NCBI GenBank assembly: GCA_036867785.1
Contig: CP145414.1
Coordinates: 248,001 to 312,000, forward strand
Direction: 5' to 3'
Length of the DNA stretch: 64,000 bases
DNA from: Plasmodiophora brassicae
Taxonomy: Eukaryota
Position 1 is the first letter of the stretch. Every line of letters begins with the position of its first letter. Positions 37,603 to 49,683 of the stretch are shown here, one piece after another. The translations under genes and the position numbers were made by a program. The notes beneath the pieces were generated by a model. It was not told the origin of the DNA and made no database searches. It saw nothing but the letters and a program-made list of their open reading frames with translations.

Positions 37603-38921
37603 CGTGGGCGACGTCGTTACTAAGTTATTAGCGAATAGGGATCGGGGTGGTCGTTCGGTGGGGGTTGTCAGATAAATAGAATTGTGCACAGGCGGGCGAC
37701 CGACTGGCGCGAGCGACTGCCCCAGTATCCGACCACGTCTGTCGCGTGTTGCGTCACCACCGTCGCGTCATGGGGGGGTGGCCCCGTGTGACTCATATCC
37801 AGGATGGCCACTGCGACGCACGTTGCAACTGGCCAACGCACACCTGCCCCACGAATCCGATGACTCATCGGGCGCCATCGCTGAACTTGCCCGCCCTGGG
37901 CATACCATACCGAAAGGTCCCAACAGCGGCATGCGCGCCCGCGGCGACTGGTGTCTCGCGCGTTCGACCCGCCACAGTTCCGCTACGTACACTGACGCGT
38001 GCCCTTTGTGCATAGTGCACCGGCAGTAAATCTACAATGGATGATTGCGGTGCGACGTTCGGGCTCGTTCATCGACTGGGCCCTGGTGCGACAGCACGGT
38101 GTACTCCTGGTCGTCGACCGCAAACCGGATCCGAGATCTGTCCACGCCGTTCAATGCAGCGTGGAAACGTTGGAGAGAAGATAACGATACCGGCGTTGCA
38201 GTGAGATCTTCAGCTAGTGTGCCGTCAGGTCCGGCATCGAACGGCGACCCGGCCAGGTGGGGGCCCTGGGGCGGAGAGTACCTACATGCCGTGCGGCATG
38301 CGGAGTGCGACCAATGTGGTGCGCGACTGCGCGACTGCAGCACTCCGTCCGTCGTTGCCGTCGTCATCCGTCTGCGTGCAGCGCGGTGCGCAACGGCCTG
38401 GCGGATGGATGAGGGGCGCCGGCGGCCGAGGCACACGTCCGGATCGGGCGTGACGCTCCCCGCCGCACCCGCCTGGCGATGATTAGATTCAAGAAGGGCA
38501 GAGAGCGTCGCGCTGCTGCAGCCCCTGCGGGCGCTGCCGCTCGATGACGTCACACGTACACTTGACATGAGCCAGGCCCGTCGTCGTATCGCATCGGATG
38601 GCTTGCAATGATCCTTTGCCATTCGTCACGCTATGCGTGTTGCATGACAACAGAGCGTGGGCTGTCGCCCGCACGGATCCACCCGGCGTCTCGGAAATGG
38701 CGATCGGTGAGCGCCAAGTGCGCCCCGATGGTGCCCCGCGTGTCTCCTATTCTCAATAATAAACTCGACGCTGACATAATTCCTCACGTCGTGCACGTGC
38801 GATATCGGGGAACGCCTGCAAGCAACGACGGCGTCGAGCAGGACGTCCTGGGAGGGCAATCGACACCGACGTTGGCGTGCGGCGTTAACGGAGTCCGCGT
38901 CATCGCCTGACAGCCTCGGGG

Positions 38922-40346
38922 ATGGGGACCTGCGCGCGCCTCGGCCGTCGCCTGTTCGCATCCGGCGCCGTCGGGAACGTCCCCGATTCCGTCAGCGACC
39001 TGCTGGGGCGGAACCTGCACTGCCAGGCGGGCCACCCGCTGCACATCGTGAAGAACCTCGTGGCGCGGTCGTTCCCGGGGTTCACCCTGTTCGACAACGT
39101 TAGGCGGGCGCCCTGGTGGGATCCATCAAATGGTCAATGCTGACCGTCCCCCGTGTGTCCCAGCTGTCGCCCGTGGTCACCGTGAGGCAGTGCTTCGATG
39201 AGCTCCTGATCCCCGACGATCACGTATCGCGCCGCCCAACGGACACCTTCTTCGTCGACGGCGAACACGTCCTGCGGACCCATGTCCGGTCGAGTCGGTC
39301 GGCTGGAACGTTCGCGGCAAACGTGCTGAACCGCTTGCTCGACAGACGTCTGCGCATCAGACCGACCTGATGCGCGAGGGGCACACCAGGTTCCTGGTGT
39401 GCGGCGACTGCTACCGTCGGGACGAAATTGATCGATCGCACTACCCGGCGTTCCATCAGGTAGGGGGCGGGCACACGTCTCGCTCGGTCTGACACGACAT
39501 GCCACCTACATGATGCTGCTGCTGTGCCCCCAGATCGAGGGCGTTGCGCTGTTCGATAATCGCCCCAGCGACGACGAGGTCGTCACCGATCTGAAGGCGT
39601 CGCTCGACAAGATGGTGCAGGACGTGCTGGGGCGCGGTGGGCAGAAGGTCGATACGCGATGGGTGGATGCGTATTTCCCGTTCACAGAGCCGTCGTTTGA
39701 ACTCGAGGTACGTGCTGCCGAACGCTGACGCAACGGTCCGGTCGGTGCCGACCCGCCGCTCTCAGGTCTACTACAACGACACATGGATGGAGTTGCTCGG
39801 GTGCGGCGCTATCCACAAAGACATCATTGGGACCAAGTGCGGCCTGCCCGAGGCGACCTCAGGCTGGGCATTCGGTGGGTCGGCACTCGGGCCTCGTGCC
39901 CGTGCGCGCGCGCTACTCGAAACTGACGTCGGCGTTCAGGGATCGGGCTGGAACGCCTGGCCATGGCCATGTTCGACATCCCCGACATCCGGTTGTTCTG
40001 GAGCCGCGACCCGCGTTTCACCCAGCAGTTCCGGGAGGGCGACCTGACGACCAAGTTCAGGCCGTACTCCAAGTACCCGCCGTGCCTGAAGGATATCAGC
40101 TTCTGGACCCAGGCCGGCTTCCACGACAACGACTTCTACGAGGCCGTCCGCGAGGTCGCCGGCGACCTCGTCGAGGCCGTCGAACCTATCGACGACTTCC
40201 GGTGCCCGAAGACGCAACGCCACAGCAAGTGCTACCGGATCACGTACCGCTCCATGGACCGCAACCTGGTCAACAGCGACGTCGACCAGATCCAGAGCCG
40301 CCTTCGCGACAACGTCCAGTCGCGCCTCAATGTCGAGTTACGCTAA
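38922..40346 (+). CDS. FARS2: Mitochondrial phenylalanyl-tRNA synthetase; multi-exon
   Basis: HPLHI, VLRTH|TSAHQ, YRRDEID..HYPAFHQ, YFPFTEPSFELE, GLERLAM, C-terminal FDX-ACB domain YRSMDRNL. Confidence 0.95.
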
Positions 40347-40567
40347 ACGAACGGGCGCGTCCTGTGCAGGCGGCGCACGCTACAGCCGGTAGACGGGATC
40401 GGTTGTATTGCCGCGCGCGTCCACATGACAACGTGCAACGGCACGATGGTAGCAGCGAACGGGCGCGGGGCCCGCTGGCGCCCACTCGTTGGCAAGGTCG
40501 TTGGCAAAGTCGTCGTCCCGAGCCCAATACGGGGCCCCGGGGAGCAGCAGATCGTTCGCCCCATGGA

Positions 40568-41299
40568 TCACAGTGGCCTGATCGTGGGTCGCCCACGACG
40601 CTTCCGATTGCGGCGATGGTTCGGGTTCGCGTTGGCGTTCGCAGGCGGGAGCGGCCCTTGCTGGGCAGGCGCTGGTTTGGCCGCGGCAGACGACGCGGGC
40701 TTGAGGAGGATACGAACAGGTTCAGTCGTGGGTTGCGGTGCTGCTTCAGTGGGTCCTCCTGCTGCTGCTGCTGCTGTGGCCGCTGCCGCCCCTTTCTTCT
40801 TCTTCTTCTTCTTGGCCTTGGGTTTACGTGAGGCGCGCGTCTTCTCGCCCGTTGCCGCTGGCGTTCGCGCCATGCGATCCGCGAGGAACCGTACGATTGG
40901 GGGGACGACTGGTGCGGGTGCTTGCGAAGGTTCCGAAGCAGCGGCGGGTTTCGCGGGCGGACGAATCGAGCCGTCTTCCGCCAGCGTGGCCAGGAACGCT
41001 TGGTACTGCGGGTCGGCCTCAATCGTGCCGCACAATGGGTCACGGCGGGACGCGCGTGGCAGTTTCTGGAGCGAGGCGCGCTCGACGCAGGCGGCGCCGG
41101 TGCTGGCGACCAAGCGCTGGCAGATGCCGACCAGGTCGTCCGGACCCGGCACGGGCGACAGCGCGACGTACGCGACACGCTGTTTCGAATTGACATGCGT
41201 GTACGTCGACGCCAGCGACAAGGACGTCAGGCATCGCTTGACATCGCAGTCGTCCGGCAGGCCCCGAACCACCAGCTTCAGGAATCCCGCCGTCGTCAT
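40568..41299 (-). CDS. UPF3: Nonsense-mediated decay factor UPF3 (Smg4)
   Basis: KLVVRGLP, RVAYV, VERASLQK, DPLCGTIEADPQYQAFL; basic low-complexity tail. Confidence 0.78.
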   Translation of the reverse strand: MTTAGFLKLVVRGLPDDCDVKRCLTSLSLASTYTHVNSKQRVAYVALSPVPGPDDLVGICQRLVASTGAACVERASLQKLPRASRRDPLCGTIEADPQYQAFLATLAEDGSIRPPAKPAAASEPSQAPAPVVPPIVRFLADRMARTPAATGEKTRASRKPKAKKKKKKKGAAAATAAAAAGGPTEAAPQPTTEPVRILLKPASSAAAKPAPAQQGPLPPANANANPNHRRNRKRRGRPTIRPL

Positions 41300-41567
41300 G
41301 GCCAGCGGCAATGACCGCCACGTTCGGACTTTCCCCGCAAAACGCGCAAAACACAAATCGTGGGGCCGACGGGGACGATGTTTTGGAGCGCACGCGCGCC
41401 GCCTGCAGTCGTCACTCGGGACGTGTTACGAGCCGCGCGCGCGCGCCTCATGAACCAGACGACGTGCGAGCAACCGCGTTAGTTTACTGAATATAATACA
41501 TCAACGGGTCCAGGGTCCTAACGGTACATGACCGGCAATTACGATTCTTAACGTTGCTGCTTGCTAT

Positions 41568-43699
41568 CTACAGGTCGAGGTCGGACGTGGCACCGGCCAG
41601 CGATTGTTGGCAGGTGGGGCAGGAGATCTGGCCCGCGTCGGCGATGCCGCCGCAGACCGGGCAGATGACCTGGGACACGAGCCGCTGGCACTCCCGGCGC
41701 CAGGACTCGGCTTCCGCCTCCCGTCTGGAGCTGAGCTCGACCAGGTGCGCCTTGTCCATCTCCAGCTGCTCCACCTTCATCTGCAGCATCCTCAGGTTGA
41801 GCTCCTCGGAGCCTGAACTGCTCCCCATGCCCAGCGCCGGCGAACTCGACCGGGACCGGCTCGCCGACGGCGCCCACGACGACAGGCCCGCCGCCGAATC
41901 GTTCCATATACGGAAGCTGTTGTCGAACGCCGAATCGGCCGGCGTCGGCTGCCAGATCTGGTTCCGGTCGATCAGGGCCGGCAGCGGCGGCGGCAGAATG
42001 AACCGCGGGCGTTCCAGGCCGCCGCCTGGAGCCGCCGCCGCCGGGCCATGATCACGCGGCGACGCACCCAGGACCGGGTCGTTCGTGGTCGACAGCAGGC
42101 GCGCCCGAGCAGCAGCCGACGCCGCTACGGCAGCGGCCATCGTCGTCGACGCTGCCGACGGCCGCTGAGCGGACGTCGTCGTTCCCGCTGCGATGTCGCG
42201 CTCGTAGGCGGCCAGGGCGCGACCCTGCCGCTGCATGTCGGCGAGACCGTGCGCGTGCGTACAGAGCGGTCCCCAGGTGCACCTGAACCGGCGCGTCGTT
42301 AAGCATGGGCAAAGGTACAGCACAAAAGGGCGCGCGACACGGGCCCGTACCTGGACGGGTCCGTCTCGCTGTAGTTGTTGCACGGCGACGTCTTGTAGAT
42401 GTTCGGGTGGTACATCTGCTCCAGCAGCGTGTGCGAGTACCGGCAGGCGTCGCCGTCCGGGCAGCGCGACGGGTCCCGCCAGTTCTTCGTGGCGCCGCCC
42501 GACTTCACGTACGGGCACGGCTGCTCGGAATAGAAGAAGAACTTGGGGCATCGCCGCCGCTCCTTCAGGTTGTGGTACCGTTCGCACGTTCGCGGGCAGC
42601 TCTTCTGTGGGCACCGATCCGTCTTGTAGCACAGCATGTAGTACGCCGGGTTGTCGCGAGTGATGCCCAGTTCGACGTCGGTCGCGATCGTCACCGGGAA
42701 CGACGACGGCGACCCGGACGCCCCGCCCGGGTGCGACTTGAGGAACGAGCGCTCGGCGGCCGTATGGCAGGGCGCCGGGAAGCGGAGCTCGCCGGGGCCG
42801 TGCGCCTTGGCGCAGTGCTGGCCGAACCCGGTGCAGATGCCGTTCTGCAGGGCGTGCGGGCAGAGCTGCGTCTTGTAGACCAGCGGGTGGTAGATCATCT
42901 CCTCGGTGCTGTGCGCGTACCGGCAGGCGTCGCCCTGCGGGCACCGTCGCTTCCCGTGCGACGTCTGCACGTACCGGCACCGGGTCGGCGCGTAGTTGTA
43001 CTCGTCGGCGGACACGAGGACGGGCTTGCGGCGCGTGTGCTTCGAATGGCTGTGGAAGCACGTGTACGAGTCGTTCGGGCAGGCCTTCTGCGCGTGCGCC
43101 TGACACATGTACACGCGGAACTCCTGCATGTACTGCTCGTGCTGGGCCTGCTCGACGAACGGAGCCGGCGCTGGCGGCGGGGTGCTCGTGGTCGCGAACG
43201 ACGACGACGACGGCACCAGGGATGGGAACGAGCGCAGGTCGTTCGTACCCGGTGGTGGCATGGGCCTTGCAGCCTGCACTGGCGGCATTAGGAATGTTAA
43301 CGGGGCCGCCCGCAGTTTCTCTTCGGGAATCGGGTCGTCGGATCGAGCCGGCGACGACGTGCTGACGATGGGCGGCTCCTGTGGGTCCGGGTCTGGCAGA
43401 TCGCCTGCGGCCGGCTCCTGGCAGACGGAGCAGATGCGCGCGTTATCGACGGTGACATAGGTGCACCTGGCGCACATCCATTCTTCGTCGCCGGACGCGT
43501 TCGCCGTGTCGTTGTCGTCGCGGTCGTCGCTAACGCAGTCGACGGGTTCGCCGAGCGGCTTCGACGCGGACGCTTGCTGCTGCTGCTGCTGCTGCCTGGC
43601 GGCTCTGGCTCTGCCCTTGCGCGACCTGGATCCTCTACCGAGGGCGTCGCCGCGAGCCGCCTCGCAGGCGAGCACGCCGAACGAATTACGGACGTCCAT
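41568..43699 (-). CDS. Unkempt-like tandem CCCH zinc-finger RNA-binding protein with N-terminal RanBP2/NZF finger; one intron near 42285-42352
   Basis: YMQEFRV..C, CPQGDACRYAH..EMIYHP..YKT, YMLCYKT, CPDGDACRYSHTLLEQMYHPNIYKT (six CCCH); coiled coil; terminal CPVC..CPTC. Confidence 0.88.
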
Positions 43700-44975
43700 A
43701 GCGGACCTGTGGGCGGCGTCGTCGGTCAGAACGAGGAGCGTTTGGCGCTAGAGTGCGATCGGCCTGGGGCCGCACGACACACTAACCGAGTCTGGGCGCG
43801 GGTGCTGCTGGGCACAAGGACCGCTCTCCTATGACGAGCTGTACGGGAGGAGGCAGTCGCACGCCTGGGTGATGCAGAAACCGGCGACAGAGGCGCCCGC
43901 CCGGTCCAGCTGCCGAGGACGCGCTGCTAGTCGTCCCTAGATTATGCCGATGGCTAGTCTGGGCGCAGACGCTCCCCAGACAACTGCGACTGTCGCCACG
44001 CCGACCGCCACTTCCCGGTCATGCAAAACTGCGGGCAAAAGGCCGGCAGCCCCGTACGTCACGCGCCGCAAAGGGCTATTTCGGGCCGACAGCTGCAGTT
44101 TGAGGGCGAACGCGTCGGATACGACGACCATAGCGCGGCTGACGAGGGCACCGACGAGCGAGCGTCGGGCCGAAAAAAAGCGAAATACAGCTGTGGATGT
44201 CGGCGCCTGGACCGTTACAGGCCCCGCCTCCTGAATTATCTGATCAGGCCCGGATTGGTTCGCGTGACAGGGGTCCGAACGAACCGACGAGGGGCGCGTA
44301 CGATACCGTCGGTCGCCATTGTGATTGCGTCGTGTTCCGTCGCGGAGCGCGTTCAAAGGCGGCCAATGATGGTCCGCCACGCTGGACGTAGGGCGTGGAT
44401 CCTGCTATACGGGGGATGCCTGACCGACGGACCCGTCATCCCTCGTCGGTCGTTCGGCCACGCGGCCGACGCTGGACGGCTGGGTTGCCATGTTGCGGTT
44501 TGGCACGGTGCCGTGCGGACATGGCGGCATCTCCGAATCGGCGCCGTCGCCGTCGTGGAGGATCGGCGCGCCGAATTAGGCGGGGCACTGAAAATGGACG
44601 CATTGGTGGCAGCAGCGCCGGCTGACGATAAACGGCCCGCCAAACGCGTAGTGTCGGATCGGGGTCGGGCGTTGCCCGGTTCGTACGGTAAAACTTGCTG
44701 GATGCCAACTGGCTCAGGTCAACGTCCGTTTCCGTGCGCCCCAGTAATCGCCTCAATGCATACGTGCCGACGTCGTTTGGACAGCGGTTGTAATCTATTA
44801 TATACCTCCGTCCAGCAAGGGCCTGACATGCCGAGACAATGCATTGACTGCGTGTCGACGGGCTGCCATTCGGCCTGCCTGACCGCAGCTGCAAGTACCG
44901 GTAGTGGGGTGCTTGCTCAGCAGTGAACTGCGCAGATCCAGCCGGAAATACCACGGCGCTCTGATCCCCACCGGG

Positions 44976-46525
44976 ATGGACAGGCGGTTCGACGCGCGCC
45001 AGGTCGGCCAGGTGGCCCTGGAGCGCACCGGCCGCCGTGAGTACCGATGGGTCGCCCTGGCGGCGTGCGACGGGTCGGCGGCGCGGGCCGCCTGCAGCTG
45101 CGCTGGCCACCGGCCCGACCCGTGGCAGGTCACGTTCGTCGCCGCGCACCGATTCTCCGAAGCTACCGACGCGCTCATGTCGCGCCTGGCGCGTATCGAT
45201 CGCCTGTCGTCCGGCGACGTCCGCCAAGCGTTCCTGTTCAGCGTCGCGCGCGACTTTGTCCATGCGCTGCCCGAAGGACCCCTGGATCTCGACCTGCCGG
45301 CCGGCGCTGCCATCGTCGGGGCAATGTGTCATCGTCTGGCGTGCGATCGGCGTTCCGCGCCCGACGACGGCGTCGACGCGTTCGTACGCATCTACAGGGA
45401 GCGCGTCGCCCGGCTCGATCGCGACGTCGACGTCGTCGCCAAGATGTTCGCATCGCTCGTCGGCCCGAAACGCATCATCGACTACCTCGACCGCCACCGT
45501 TTCGAGTAACGCGCAGCGCCTGGACGACGTTCCGAGGTGCCGGCCTGAACCACTGTGCCCAGGTTCGACCCTGCCTCGCTGTTCATCCAGGATCGTATCG
45601 TCCATCGGACGGTCCGCAACGGGACGCGCTTCCAGCCGCCCCTGTCGCACGTGGACGAGTTCGTCAAGCACTGGGGTCGCTGGATCGCCGACGTGAACGC
45701 CGAGCCGCATCCCGCGCTGATCGCCGCCACGGGCGACGTGTTCGCGCGCCGAGCCGCCACTGTAGCATTCGATGTCCTCGGCGGCGATGCGCCGCCCGAA
45801 CCCGGCTACCGGACCGTGTTCTACGACGGCGCCGTGCCGATCACGTTCCGCACGTCGCACGGCCTGTTCTCAAACTGTGGCATGACGACCTGGCCGGCAG
45901 GTACGTCCACAGTTCGTTGCTCGTGTGCCCGCATCCATTCACGTGCCGCCAGGGTTCGTTCTTGCGGAATACTGCCTGGAGCACCCTGTGGAGGGCGTCC
46001 GGTGCCTGGAGCTTGGGGCCGGGTCGTCTGGCCTTGTCGCCGTTGTCTGCGCGCGTCAGTCGCCCGCTTCGTTCGTCGCCACCGACTTTGACGGCGACGT
46101 TCTGCGGTGCCTGGCGTCGAACCTGGCCGATAACGACGTCGCCGATCGGGTTGCCGTCCGCCCGCTGGACTGGTTCAACTGCACCGACGACGTCCTCGTG
46201 GAGTGCGACCCAGAGCTGATCCTGATGGCGGACACGGTACGGTTCGTCGGTGCGTTCGCTGCCGCCGTCCCTGACATGCCATCAGATTTACTCGCCGGAC
46301 CTGATCGTCCCGCAGGTGGCCGTTCTGGATCGCGCGTTCCGCCTGGGTGCGCGTCGTGCCGTCATGGCGAACTGCCTGCGGGAACCGTCGACCTACGACC
46401 TGCTGATTCGCACGCTGCGCTCCCACTCGTTCCACATCGCTGCCGTTGCGACGAACGACGTGCCGGAGCGGTTCTTCGGCGTTGCACGAGACGACGACAT
46501 CCGCCTGCTGGTCCTGACTCGATAA
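44976..46525 (+). CDS. EEF2KMT/FAM86-like protein lysine methyltransferase (Methyltransf_16) with N-terminal extension; multi-exon
   Basis: CGMTTWPAG, CLELGAGSSGL, ATDFDGDVL, LDW, LMADT|IY; start uncertain. Confidence 0.8.
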
Positions 46526-46675
46526 ATATTAACGTCGGCTGCTGTCGCATGGCGTCTGGCAAGACCCGTGGAATATCTCCCTCAGAGGGAGATATTCGGA
46601 GGTGCCGCGCGTGCACCCCATCGGGCATCGATGCGACGTGTGCCTAAGCAATTTGACAGCGACACGCGATCCCTA

Positions 46676-47092
46676 ATGGTAGCCGTTATGCAGCGAGACG
46701 ACGACGTTCGCGTGAAGTTGCTGGATGCCGCCGACGACAACGCCGAGGAGGGCAACCGACAGGTCGGCGGCGATGACGAGGCGAAGCCGGCGGTGTTCGG
46801 CTGGGTGGACTGCCTGGTCTGCATAGCGACCCAGTGGCACATCCCGCTGGTCATGATCTGTCTCGCGGCGAGCGTTCACGAGGCGTCGCCGGCGCTCCGC
46901 ATGGCCTACATGCTGTCGTACTGGTTCTGGACCGCGTTCCTCGGTGTCAGCCTCGTCTACCTGGTCGGCAGCATGATCGCCGGACGCGACATCGACCAGA
47001 CGCTGACGTCGTTCACGTTCGTGCTCATGGCGGCGTCCTGCACCTGGGACTGTGCCGTCATCGCCGTCTGCGGTGCCCAACGCCTCGCCTGA
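46676..47092 (+). CDS. Small membrane protein (~3 TM helices)
   Basis: Acidic N-terminus followed by three hydrophobic segments. Confidence 0.6.
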   Translation: MVAVMQRDDDVRVKLLDAADDNAEEGNRQVGGDDEAKPAVFGWVDCLVCIATQWHIPLVMICLAASVHEASPALRMAYMLSYWFWTAFLGVSLVYLVGSMIAGRDIDQTLTSFTFVLMAASCTWDCAVIAVCGAQRLA

Positions 47093-47148
47093 TCCTGTGC
47101 CTGGCCCAGTTCGCGTCCCGTTCATACACCGATCGCGCTTTATCGTTG

Positions 47149-49098
47149 TTATTGAAACGTGCCCTGGTGGTATCGTTTCAGGAGCTGTTCCCGCTGCAGG
47201 CGAAGCGCGGCGACGTCGTCGACTTGGCGACGCTGCCGGTGCCCGCTCAGGTCCAGACGCGACCCGTTCTGCCCGACGTCGTTCTCGTCGAACCGGTGCC
47301 GCTGCAGGACCTTGCCGACGAGCTCGTGCGCCGCCTTGGGTCGGTACTCGACAAGGCGGGTGACGGGGACTGGCGGCCCGTCGTCCCGCCAGGTCGGCGG
47401 CCTCGTCGCGCCAGCCGGCACGTGGTTGCAATAGTAGTAATGGTGGTGCGTCTCGACTGGCCTAGCAGGAGCTGGTGCCCCACGCGGGTCCCATCGGCCA
47501 GGCGGGGAACCGTCCCGCTCCATCGCGTACACTGTTGCCGCTGGCGAGCTCGCGCTCACGTCATGGTGCTCGGCAGGAAACGCGGAGCCGAATCCGTTGC
47601 TGAGGCGCGCCATGGCCGATTCCAGGTCGGCGTGGATGCGCTGCCACCGATCGTCGGCGCCGACGTCACGCTCGTCGCTGTCAGCGTTGTTGACGGGGCG
47701 GCATCGCTCGTCGGACAGCAGCAGCAGCATGGACGAGTCGACGTGCGTGCCCACGTCGGATGTCCACACGGGAGGCGTTACGGTGCACGCGTTCGTCATG
47801 GCGGCCGGCGTTGTCATTGTCGCCGCGGACGTCGTCCCCGATCTGAGGTCGTCCCCGGTCGACGTCGATGTGGACGCCAGTCGGCGAGCGGGGACTGTGT
47901 CGGTCATTGTCGACGACGACGACGACGTTGTCGGCGGCACCTCTGGACCGGTTGTCATGGTTGACGTGTCTGCCATCCGGACGGCCGCTGCCTCGTCCGT
48001 CATCGTGGCCGCGGTGCACGTCCGGACGTCGTCAGTCGCTGTCCAGTAGGACCGCGTCCTCGGTGGGTCCGTTAGCGTTGAACAGTCCACCGTCGTCGCT
48101 GGACGTGGGTCAGTCATCGTCGCGACGGACGCCACGATGAACGGGACTGGCGACGAAGCACGATCACAGAGTTCATGTGGGACGTCCACGGTCGTGTCCG
48201 GGGAAGGCCTTCTCGGCGATGACGCCGTATCGCGTACATCGGGCGCAACGTCGGGGACCATGTGGAACGACGATCTCGCTGTTGGGCAGCTGTCGTCGTC
48301 GCTGCACGAGGCAGGAGCGGACACGAGCTCCCGCTCTGTGCCTTCGTTGCTGGGCTCCCCGGTTTCGGAACTGACAGTGTCCTCGCCGTCTCGTGACCGT
48401 CTCCCATTGCAACCGACGTTGCTGGGGGCGCACTCATCGGCGACCTCGCCGCAGTGGACCGCATTGCCCCAAACACAATCAATGCCGATGTGATCGTCAG
48501 CGCCCCCGTCTTCAATCCCGTTCAGTTCGCTTTCGCCTGATTCCGCCTCGTCTACGCTGTCAGGCCCTCTCCGCTCAATCGTGTCTTCACCTTCGCCGTT
48601 GACGTGGAGCCCATTCTGAACGACCGCCTCAGTGTACGGCCCCGCAGCGTCATCTCTGTCATCCCGATCGTGCACAGCGTCGTCATTCAGGTCGTGCATA
48701 GCATGGTCGTCCGCGTCGTGCTCGTCGGCTAGTTCGTGCGCACTGTGGTCATCTTCGTAGGGCATCGACGGATCCGCGTCGACATCGTCGTCCACGACGT
48801 CAGAAACATGGCCGACGTCGCCATAACTGCGACGCTGATCACGGTCACTACTGATCGAGTCTTGGTCGTAGTGATCGGAGATTTCACCGTCCGCGGAACG
48901 ACCGCTGTTGTCGTCGAGATCGTCGGTGCACACGTCAGTGCGCTCGCCTTCCGGGCCGTTCTCGACGGCAACGACCGTGAATTGTTCCGCGTTAACGTCC
49001 GTCTCTTCATCAGCAGCGAACCGCTCGACGATCACGACATCGTCGTCGTTCTGCCTCGCCGACGTCTTATCCAGGAAGTGCACCGTTGCTAAACTCAT
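47149..49098 (-). CDS. Acidic intrinsically disordered protein with repeated T-M-T motifs, intronless
   Basis: Long ORF; D/E-rich N-half; repeats ATMTD/STMTT/STMTD/STLTD. Confidence 0.72.
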   Translation of the reverse strand: MSLATVHFLDKTSARQNDDDVVIVERFAADEETDVNAEQFTVVAVENGPEGERTDVCTDDLDDNSGRSADGEISDHYDQDSISSDRDQRRSYGDVGHVSDVVDDDVDADPSMPYEDDHSAHELADEHDADDHAMHDLNDDAVHDRDDRDDAAGPYTEAVVQNGLHVNGEGEDTIERRGPDSVDEAESGESELNGIEDGGADDHIGIDCVWGNAVHCGEVADECAPSNVGCNGRRSRDGEDTVSSETGEPSNEGTERELVSAPASCSDDDSCPTARSSFHMVPDVAPDVRDTASSPRRPSPDTTVDVPHELCDRASSPVPFIVASVATMTDPRPATTVDCSTLTDPPRTRSYWTATDDVRTCTAATMTDEAAAVRMADTSTMTTGPEVPPTTSSSSSTMTDTVPARRLASTSTSTGDDLRSGTTSAATMTTPAAMTNACTVTPPVWTSDVGTHVDSSMLLLLSDERCRPVNNADSDERDVGADDRWQRIHADLESAMARLSNGFGSAFPAEHHDVSASSPAATVYAMERDGSPPGRWDPRGAPAPARPVETHHHYYYCNHVPAGATRPPTWRDDGPPVPVTRLVEYRPKAAHELVGKVLQRHRFDENDVGQNGSRLDLSGHRQRRQVDDVAALRLQREQLLKRYHQGTFQ

Positions 49099-49683
49099 CG
49101 TACGTCGAAGGTCGGCACGGAACGCTCTGCACCAGCACAAGCAGGCGCCCGTCAAACGCAAACCCCATCCACGCGCAGGGCCCATAATCACACCGTATAC
49201 GCTCCAGGACGTCGTCAACAGGGCGCTCACCCGCAGGTTGCGATGCGTCTTCGGCATGGGCCAGGGGCTCGCCGACAGCCGCAGGCTCGTCGCCGCCGTC
49301 CAGCTGCCGGCGTCGAACCTCGGCGGCACTGCCCGTGACCATCAGGCCGGTGCCGCCCGCCGACCTCTTCACCAGCGGCCGACGTCGCCCGGGCGCCGAC
49401 GACCTGCGCCCCCGGAACATCATTGCGAAGCGACGGCCGATGCGGCTGTAGCTCTGCCGCGCTCTGTGACGGCCCCCGTTTGGGGCATTCGTACCAATGT
49501 ACTGCCCAGCCCCGCGTTTTCGAACATTCACCTGCGATGTTTTTGGCGCGTGTTTGTAAATACATAAATAGGACAGTACAGGCACCCGCTGCACCGGCCA
49601 TTCGGCCCGATCCGCGAGCGGGTCCTTCGGAATTCGTCCGATTTTGGTGCGGACGTCCGTTTGGGGGTTGTCGGCCTTTCGGG

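Noticed and set aside
37700-38900. Short ORFs on both strands upstream of the Asn-rich gene and FARS2
   Set aside because: No motif or convincing gene model
43900-44950. ORFs 43937-44380 (-), 44021-44926 (+) and the tail of 44436-45860 (-)
   Set aside because: No recognisable product; partly a shadow of the methyltransferase gene
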